Of a DNA stretch of 32,000 bases, positions 24,575 through 32,000 are shown in pieces (the stretch's first letter is position 1; each line of letters begins with the position of its first letter). This stretch comes from Escherichia coli (lineage in GTDB: Bacteria > Pseudomonadota > Gammaproteobacteria > Enterobacterales > Enterobacteriaceae), in NCBI RefSeq assembly GCF_002948655.1, contig NZ_CP026755.1. One strand, written 5' to 3'. The notes under the pieces are model-generated. The model did not search any database. It saw only the letters and a program-made list of their open reading frames with translations, and had not been told where the DNA came from. The position numbers were made by a program, and so were the translations under genes.

Positions 24575-25966
24575 ATGAACTTTCCATTAATTGCGAACAT
24601 CGTGGTGTTCGTTGTACTGCTGTTTGCGCTGGCTCAGACCCGCCATAAACAGTGGAGTCTGGCGAAAAAAGTGCTGGTGGGTCTGGTGATGGGTGTGGTT
24701 TTTGGCCTCGCCCTGCATACCATTTATGGTTCTGACAGCCAGGTACTTAAAGATTCTGTACAGTGGTTTAACATTGTTGGTAACGGCTATGTTCAACTGC
24801 TGCAAATGATCGTTATGCCGTTAGTCTTCGCCTCTATTCTGAGCGCGGTTGCCCGTCTGCATAACGCATCTCAGTTAGGCAAAATCAGTTTTCTGACCAT
24901 CGGAACGCTTTTGTTTACCACGCTGATTGCGGCGCTGGTCGGTGTGCTGGTCACCAACCTGTTTGGTTTGACGGCTGAAGGTCTGGTTCAGGGTGGTGCA
25001 GAAACTGCACGTTTGAACGCCATCGAAAGTAACTATGTTGGTAAAGTCTCTGACCTGAGCGTTCCGCAGCTGGTCTTGTCCTTTATCCCGAAAAACCCGT
25101 TTGCCGATTTGACCGGAGCCAATCCGACGTCAATTATCAGCGTGGTAATTTTTGCCGCATTCCTCGGCGTAGCTGCGCTGAAGCTGCTGAAGGATGATGC
25201 GCCGAAAGGTGAACGCGTCTTAACCGCTATCGATACCCTGCAAAGCTGGGTGATGAAACTGGTTCGCCTGGTCATGCAGCTGACCCCTTACGGCGTTCTG
25301 GCGCTGATGACCAAAGTGGTTGCAGGTTCTAACCTGCAAGACATCATCAAACTGGGAAGTTTCGTTGTCGCGTCCTACCTCGGTCTGCTGATTATGTTTG
25401 CAGTGCATGGCATTCTGCTGGGCATTAATGGCGTGAGCCCGCTGAAATACTTCCGTAAGGTATGGCCAGTTCTGACGTTTGCCTTTACCAGCCGTTCCAG
25501 TGCTGCGTCTATCCCACTGAATGTGGAAGCACAAACGCGTCGTCTGGGCGTTCCTGAATCCATCGCCAGTTTCGCCGCCTCTTTCGGTGCAACCATTGGT
25601 CAGAACGGCTGTGCCGGTTTGTATCCGGCGATGCTGGCGGTGATGGTTGCACCTACGGTTGGCATTAACCCGATGGACCCGATGTGGATTGCGACGCTGG
25701 TCGGTATTGTTACCGTTAGTTCCGCAGGCGTTGCCGGTGTCGGTGGTGGTGCAACTTTCGCCGCACTGATTGTGCTGCCTGCGATGGGCCTGCCTGTAAC
25801 GCTGGTGGCATTGTTAATCTCCGTTGAACCGCTTATCGACATGGGGCGTACGGCGCTAAACGTTAGTGGCTCGATGACCGCTGGCACGCTGACCAGCCAG
25901 TGGCTGAAGCAAACCGATAAAGCCATTCTGGATAGCGAAGACGACGCCGAACTGGCACACCGTTAA
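24575..25966 (+). CDS. tcyP: L-cystine/sulfocysteine:cation symporter TcyP (YdjN)
   Basis: 463 aa DAACS-family transporter, with motif [44 protein letters not shown]. Confidence 0.96.
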   Translation: MNFPLIANIVVFVVLLFALAQTRHKQWSLAKKVLVGLVMGVVFGLALHTIYGSDSQVLKDSVQWFNIVGNGYVQLLQMIVMPLVFASILSAVARLHNASQLGKISFLTIGTLLFTTLIAALVGVLVTNLFGLTAEGLVQGGAETARLNAIESNYVGKVSDLSVPQLVLSFIPKNPFADLTGANPTSIISVVIFAAFLGVAALKLLKDDAPKGERVLTAIDTLQSWVMKLVRLVMQLTPYGVLALMTKVVAGSNLQDIIKLGSFVVASYLGLLIMFAVHGILLGINGVSPLKYFRKVWPVLTFAFTSRSSAASIPLNVEAQTRRLGVPESIASFAASFGATIGQNGCAGLYPAMLAVMVAPTVGINPMDPMWIATLVGIVTVSSAGVAGVGGGATFAALIVLPAMGLPVTLVALLISVEPLIDMGRTALNVSGSMTAGTLTSQWLKQTDKAILDSEDDAELAHR

Positions 25967-25969
25967 TTC

Positions 25970-26773
25970 TTATGCTGGCAACGGTCCGTTTTGTATAGGA
26001 GCCGTTGCCTTACTTTTTAAATGTTCCATCGCGGCGATGCATACTGACTCATATTTAAACAGATCGTCAGCGAAAAAAATGGCTAACTTATCGATACATT
26101 CCTGACTCAATGAATGTGCCTGTAGCGAAAAGCTTAAAACCTCATACCCGAGACGTTTTCTAAGTGAACTATCTGAAATACTCATAATATCTTCAAGCAC
26201 ACCATTTCCCATTCCCGGAAGATTTAGTGGATTAAAAAGAAGACTGATATTAAGCATTGATATTATCGAAGGAAACTTTAGGAGACTCTCATTTTTTTGA
26301 ATCGCAGCAAAAATGCTCCCGACAGGATGTATATAATTTTGTTCATAGTATATAGTCCTTAAATAGTGAATAACCAACCTGTTTTTTATATTAATCAAAT
26401 TGGTCATTTTTTCTGGGCGAAATACAGAAGTGACATCCATTCCAATAAAATCTTTATTTATACCTCTTATCCGAATTTCACTACCATAAAGATTATTAAT
26501 TATTACTCTATATTTAACATTGTCCTGCAGATATGTATCAAAACTAAGTGCTGGCGCTCCTGGCTTTGAGGCATCATAGTTAATGTTAGACATATAGGCA
26601 ATCATATAATTAAAGTTTGATTCTGCTATTTCATCGCAGTCACATTGACCCGTTGATATAAAGAAAGTGAGTGCTGTCATAGTAGACTGCAGCCTTTCTT
26701 TAAAAGAGTCGAAAGCCAGGCTTTTAATATTTAAATCACCATAATTACTCTGTATTAAGTTTGTAGAAAGCAT
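25970..26773 (-). CDS. ydjO: Uncharacterized protein YdjO
   Basis: 267 aa from MLSTNLIQSNYGDLNIKS. The track ORF begins 4 codons upstream (26785). The region is AT-rich. Confidence 0.88.
   Translation of the reverse strand: MLSTNLIQSNYGDLNIKSLAFDSFKERLQSTMTALTFFISTGQCDCDEIAESNFNYMIAYMSNINYDASKPGAPALSFDTYLQDNVKYRVIINNLYGSEIRIRGINKDFIGMDVTSVFRPEKMTNLINIKNRLVIHYLRTIYYEQNYIHPVGSIFAAIQKNESLLKFPSIISMLNISLLFNPLNLPGMGNGVLEDIMSISDSSLRKRLGYEVLSFSLQAHSLSQECIDKLAIFFADDLFKYESVCIAAMEHLKSKATAPIQNGPLPA
25977..26017 (+). terminator. Intrinsic terminator of tcyP, embedded in the 3' coding end of ydjO
   Basis: GGCAACGG...CCGTTGCC 8-bp stem (25977-25984 / 26002-26009) followed by TTACTTTTT. Confidence 0.65.
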
Positions 26774-27061
26774 CTCCCGCCTCATATTGTTAACAAAATT
26801 ATTATCTCATTTAAATCTAAGTCATTTACAATATAAGTTTAAGAGCGACGCCACAGGATGAACTATCAAAAATAGCTCATCATGATTAGCAAAACTTAAC
26901 CATTTTAAAATAAATAAACAATTAAAGAAAAAAGTTCACTTATTTATAGCAATAGATCGTCAAAGGCAGCTTTTTGTTACAGGTGGTTTGAATGAATGTA
27001 GCAATGAAATACAAAATTTCAGGCCATGTAACTCCCGACAAAACCGGGAGGTACGTAATCT

Positions 27062-27304
27062 TTACTCAGTCACTTCCCCTTCCTGGCGGATCTGATTTGC
27101 CCAACGCTGGGCGGATTCAGGCACAGTAAACGCCGGTGAGCGCATAAATGACTCCCCCATCAGTACAAACGCAACATATTTGCCACGCAGCATCCAGACA
27201 TCACGAAACGAATCCATCTTTATCGCATGTTCTGGCGGCGCGGGTTCCGTGCGTGGGACATAGCTAATAATCTGGCGGTTTTGCTGACGGAGCGGTTTCT
27301 TCAT
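27062..27304 (-). CDS. cedA: Cell division activator CedA
   Basis: 80 aa from MKKPLRQQNRQIISYVPRTEP. The track ORF starts 7 codons upstream (27325). Confidence 0.93.
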   Translation of the reverse strand: MKKPLRQQNRQIISYVPRTEPAPPEHAIKMDSFRDVWMLRGKYVAFVLMGESFMRSPAFTVPESAQRWANQIRQEGEVTE

Positions 27305-27507
27305 TACTGGCTTCACTAAACGCATATTAAAAATCAGAAAAACTGTAGTTTAGCCGATTTAGCCCCTGTACGTCCTGCTTTGCGTGTATTTCATAACACC
27401 GTTTCCAGAATAGTCTCCGAAGCGGGATCTGACTGGTGGTCTATAGTTAGAGGGTTTTTTGACCAAAACAGCGGCCCTTTCAGTAATAATTTAAGGAGAC
27501 GAGTTCA

Positions 27508-29769
27508 ATGTCGCAACATAACGAAAAGAACCCACATCAGCACCAGTCACCACTACACGATTCCAGCGAAGCGAAACCGGGGATGGACTCACTGGCACCT
27601 GAGGACGGATCTCATCGTCCAGCGACTGAACCAACACCGCCAGGTGCACAACCTACCGCCCCTGGGAGCCTGAAAGCCCCTGATACGCGTAACGAAAAAC
27701 TTAATTCTCTGGAAGACGTACGCAAAGGCAGTGAAAATTATGCGCTGACCACTAATCAGGGCGTGCGCATCGCCGACGATCAAAACTCACTGCGTGCCGG
27801 TAACCGTGGTCCAACGCTGCTGGAAGATTTTATTCTGCGCGAGAAAATCACCCACTTTGACCATGAGCGCATCCCGGAACGTATTGTTCATGCACGCGGA
27901 TCAGCCGCTCACGGTTATTTCCAGCCATATAAAAGCTTAAGCGATATTACCAAAGCGGATTTCCTCTCAGATCCGAACAAAATCACCCCAGTATTTGTAC
28001 GTTTCTCTACCGTTCAGGGTGGTGCTGGCTCTGCCGATACCGTGCGTGATATCCGTGGCTTTGCCACCAAGTTCTATACCGAAGAGGGTATTTTTGACCT
28101 TGTTGGCAATAACACGCCAATCTTCTTTATCCAGGATGCGCATAAATTCCCTGATTTTGTGCATGCGGTAAAACCAGAACCACACTGGGCAATTCCACAA
28201 GGGCAAAGCGCCCACGATACTTTCTGGGATTATGTTTCTCTGCAACCTGAAACTCTGCACAACGTGATGTGGGCGATGTCGGATCGCGGTATCCCGCGCA
28301 GTTACCGCACCATGGAAGGCTTCGGTATTCACACCTTCCGCCTGATTAATGCCGAAGGGAAGGCAACGTTCGTACGTTTCCACTGGAAACCACTGGCAGG
28401 TAAAGCCTCACTCGTTTGGGATGAAGCACAAAAACTAACCGGACGTGACCCGGACTTCCACCGCCGCGAGTTGTGGGAAGCGATTGAAGCCGGCGATTTT
28501 CCGGAATACGAACTGGGCTTCCAGTTGATTCCTGAGGAAGATGAATTTAAGTTCGACTTCGACCTTCTTGATCCAACTAAACTTATCCCGGAAGAACTGG
28601 TGCCCGTTCAGCGTGTCGGCAAAATGGTGCTCAATCGCAATCCGGATAACTTCTTTGCCGAAAACGAACAAGCAGCATTCCATCCAGGTCATATTGTTCC
28701 TGGTCTGGACTTCACCAACGATCCGCTGTTGCAGGGGCGTTTGTTCTCTTATACCGATACACAAATCAGTCGTCTTGGCGGACCAAATTTCCATGAGATT
28801 CCGATTAACCGCCCGACCTGCCCTTACCATAATTTCCAGCGTGACGGCATGCATCGTATGGGGATCGACACTAACCCGGCGAATTATGAACCGAACTCGA
28901 TCAACGATAACTGGCCGCGCGAAACACCGCCGGGGCCGAAACGCGGCGGTTTTGAATCATACCAGGAGCGCGTGGAAGGCAATAAAGTTCGCGAGCGCAG
29001 CCCATCGTTTGGCGAATATTATTCCCATCCGCGTCTGTTCTGGCTAAGTCAGACGCCATTCGAGCAGCGCCATATTGTCGATGGTTTCAGTTTTGAGTTA
29101 AGCAAAGTAGTTCGTCCGTATATTCGTGAGCGCGTTGTTGACCAGCTGGCACATATTGATCTCACTCTGGCCCAGGCGGTGGCGAAAAATCTCGGTATCG
29201 AACTGACTGACGACCAGTTGAATATCACCCTGCCTCCGGACGTCAACGGTCTGAAAAAGGATCCATCCTTAAGTTTGTACGCCATTCCTGACGGTGATGT
29301 GAAAGGTCGCGTGGTAGCGATTTTACTTAATGATGAAGTGAGATCGGCAGACCTTCTGACCATTCTCAAGGCGCTGAAGGCCAAAGGCGTTCATGCCAAA
29401 CTGCTCTACTCCCGAATGGGTGAAGTGACTGCGGATGACGGTACGGTGTTGCCTATAGCCGCTACCTTTGCCGGTGCACCTTCGCTGACGGTCGATGCGG
29501 TCATTGTCCCTTGCGGCAATATCGCGGATATCGCTGACAACGGCGATGCCAACTACTACCTGATGGAAGCCTACAAACACCTTAAACCGATTGCGCTGGC
29601 GGGAGACGCGCGCAAGTTTAAAGCAACAATCAAGGTCGCTGACAAGGGTGAAGAAGGGATTGTGGAAGCTGACAGCGCCGACGGTAGTTTTATGGATGAA
29701 CTGTTAACGCTGATGGCAGCACACCGCGTGTGGTCACGCATTCCTAAGATTGACAAAATCCCGGCGTAA
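27508..29769 (+). CDS. katE: Catalase HPII (large-subunit monofunctional catalase)
   Basis: 753 aa, [25 protein letters not shown]..., with catalase motifs [11 protein letters not shown] and [14 protein letters not shown]; Shine-Dalgarno AAGGAG upstream. Confidence 0.98.
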   Translation: MSQHNEKNPHQHQSPLHDSSEAKPGMDSLAPEDGSHRPATEPTPPGAQPTAPGSLKAPDTRNEKLNSLEDVRKGSENYALTTNQGVRIADDQNSLRAGNRGPTLLEDFILREKITHFDHERIPERIVHARGSAAHGYFQPYKSLSDITKADFLSDPNKITPVFVRFSTVQGGAGSADTVRDIRGFATKFYTEEGIFDLVGNNTPIFFIQDAHKFPDFVHAVKPEPHWAIPQGQSAHDTFWDYVSLQPETLHNVMWAMSDRGIPRSYRTMEGFGIHTFRLINAEGKATFVRFHWKPLAGKASLVWDEAQKLTGRDPDFHRRELWEAIEAGDFPEYELGFQLIPEEDEFKFDFDLLDPTKLIPEELVPVQRVGKMVLNRNPDNFFAENEQAAFHPGHIVPGLDFTNDPLLQGRLFSYTDTQISRLGGPNFHEIPINRPTCPYHNFQRDGMHRMGIDTNPANYEPNSINDNWPRETPPGPKRGGFESYQERVEGNKVRERSPSFGEYYSHPRLFWLSQTPFEQRHIVDGFSFELSKVVRPYIRERVVDQLAHIDLTLAQAVAKNLGIELTDDQLNITLPPDVNGLKKDPSLSLYAIPDGDVKGRVVAILLNDEVRSADLLTILKALKAKGVHAKLLYSRMGEVTADDGTVLPIAATFAGAPSLTVDAVIVPCGNIADIADNGDANYYLMEAYKHLKPIALAGDARKFKATIKVADKGEEGIVEADSADGSFMDELLTLMAAHRVWSRIPKIDKIPA

Positions 29770-29776
29770 ATATGGA

Positions 29777-29805
29777 TAAGGTCACGCCCCCTGGGGAGTG
29801 ACCTT
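29777..29805. terminator. Hairpin between convergent katE and chbG
   Basis: TAAGGTCACgCCCC-TG-GGG(a)GTGACCTTA, a 9-bp outer stem plus a GC-rich inner stem. Confidence 0.5.
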
Positions 29806-29815
29806 ACCACCTTAC

Positions 29816-30577
<762 letters not shown>

Positions 30578-31930
30578 TTAATGTGCTTTTTTAAGCTCTG
30601 CGATGCAGTCGGCAAAATTTGGCAGCCATTTCTCGTGCGCCAGAATCATCTCGCGTGCCAGCAGCTCAGCATCGCGATCGGAATGCACCAACGGACTAAG
30701 GTTTAGGGCCAGTAACACATCGTTAAATTCTCCGCTAAGTGCGGCGTTGCTGGCAGCAATCTCGAAGCCTTTAATGGTGTGAATCAGCCCCATCACTTTA
30801 TCATCGAAATGCGTAATGCGCGGATGTGGCGTCGCGCCATCGCGCCCCAGCGTACAGGTCATTTCTACCGCCCAGTCTGCCGGAATATTATCAATATGCC
30901 CATGATGCGGGATATTAACGTAATGTTCAGCTTGCTTGTCGTTGTAGATAGCGTTGATCACTTCGCATGCAGCATCAGAGTAATAAGCCCCACCGCGCTG
31001 TTCCAGTTCTTTCGGCTTAACTTTCAACTCCGGGTTTTTATACAGCTCAAAAAGTTGTTTCTCGACTTTCTGTACTACCTGCGCTCGTGCGCCGCCTTTG
31101 TAGTATTCGCCCATTTCAATAGCCAGCATCTCTTTTTGCTTGAAGTAATAAAGCAAATAAGAACACGGCAACAGATTCAGAGAACGAATTAAGCCTTCGC
31201 TAAATGGCAGATCGAAAATATTTTTAACGCCAGATGCTTTTAACTGCCCGGATGCCACACCATCAAGCAATTCGGCAAAGCGTGATTTGCCATTTACCAG
31301 CACATCCTTAATGAACACCATATGGTTGAGGCCGAACAGATCGATAGATAAATCATCGCAGTCTTTCAGCATCAGAACATCGCGAATAAACATCTTCATG
31401 CCGATCGGAATATTACACACGCCGATAAAGCGTTTAAATCCGGTATGACGATAAACGGCTTCAGTGACCATTCCAGCCGGGTTAGTGAAGTTAATCACCC
31501 ATGCATTCGGACATAGTTCTTCGACATCTTTTACGATGTCAAAAATCACCGGAATGGTACGCAGACCTTTAAACAGACCGCCCGCGCCGTTAGTTTCCTG
31601 ACCAAGATAACCATGACTTAATGGAATACGTTCATCCAGTTCGCGCGCCGGTAATTGGCCTACGCGCAGTTGGGTAGTAACGAAATCAGCATCTTTCAAT
31701 GCTTCGCGGCGATCCAGCGTTTTATAAAGCTTCATCGGGACGCCAGCGTTATCAATCATCCGTTGGCAGAGATCAAAAATAATATCCAGTTTCTCTTTAC
31801 CATCTTCGACATCCACCAGCCATAATTCGCTGACCGGCAATTCGTGATAACGCTTAATAAATCCTTCCAGTAACTCCGGGGTATAGCTGCTCCCGCCACC
31901 AATAGTGACGACTTTTAATTTCTGGCTCAT
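30578..31930 (-). CDS. chbF: Monoacetylchitobiose-6-phosphate hydrolase (GH4 family)
   Basis: 450 aa, MSQKLKVVTIGGGSSYTPELLEGFIKRYHELPV..., with GH4 motifs and CNIP. Confidence 0.97.
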   Translation of the reverse strand: MSQKLKVVTIGGGSSYTPELLEGFIKRYHELPVSELWLVDVEDGKEKLDIIFDLCQRMIDNAGVPMKLYKTLDRREALKDADFVTTQLRVGQLPARELDERIPLSHGYLGQETNGAGGLFKGLRTIPVIFDIVKDVEELCPNAWVINFTNPAGMVTEAVYRHTGFKRFIGVCNIPIGMKMFIRDVLMLKDCDDLSIDLFGLNHMVFIKDVLVNGKSRFAELLDGVASGQLKASGVKNIFDLPFSEGLIRSLNLLPCSYLLYYFKQKEMLAIEMGEYYKGGARAQVVQKVEKQLFELYKNPELKVKPKELEQRGGAYYSDAACEVINAIYNDKQAEHYVNIPHHGHIDNIPADWAVEMTCTLGRDGATPHPRITHFDDKVMGLIHTIKGFEIAASNAALSGEFNDVLLALNLSPLVHSDRDAELLAREMILAHEKWLPNFADCIAELKKAH

Positions 31931-32000
31931 AATTTCTCCCTTCAGTACAGAATACTGATATCTGGCATATCTGCCCCCCCGGACATAAATAATCCAGCAA

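Noticed and set aside
31931-32000. Possible 3' end of chbR at the right edge
   Set aside because: No reading frame over these 70 nt could be matched confidently to ChbR. As I recall, the gene ends farther upstream of chbF, outside the window.

Overview
This 32 kb window reads as ordinary Escherichia coli (or very close relative) chromosome. The gene order is ppsA' - ppsR - aroH - ydiE - selO(ydiU) - ydiV - nlpC - btuD - btuE - btuC - ihfA - pheT - pheS - pheM - rplT - rpmI - infC - thrS - arpB - yniD - ydiY - pfkB - ydiZ - yniA - yniB - hxpB(yniC) - ydjM - tcyP(ydjN) - ydjO - cedA - katE - chbG - chbF. Identities come from recalled protein sequences, motifs and synteny; no database was searched. 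Most of the window is well-described housekeeping DNA, and I saw no CRISPR array, prophage, IS element, tRNA or rRNA. The most interesting locus is the uninterrupted 632-codon ORF at 16741-18639 (arpB locus, a pseudogene in E. coli K-12). Its central region resembles the ShET2/OspD3/EspL type III effector family, with a candidate Cys171/His251/Asp285 triad. It ends in five repeat units spaced exactly 48 codons (144 nt) apart. Other points for a second look are a strong promoter plus intrinsic terminator in the leader of ydiY (possible attenuator or small RNA), the tcyP terminator embedded in the 3' end of convergent ydjO, and a short plus-strand ORF plus long hairpin between ydiV and nlpC. Several classical regulatory elements are directly visible: the pheM attenuator, the thrS operator, the infC AUU start, the TrpR operator, a Fur box, LexA boxes and a Cra site.
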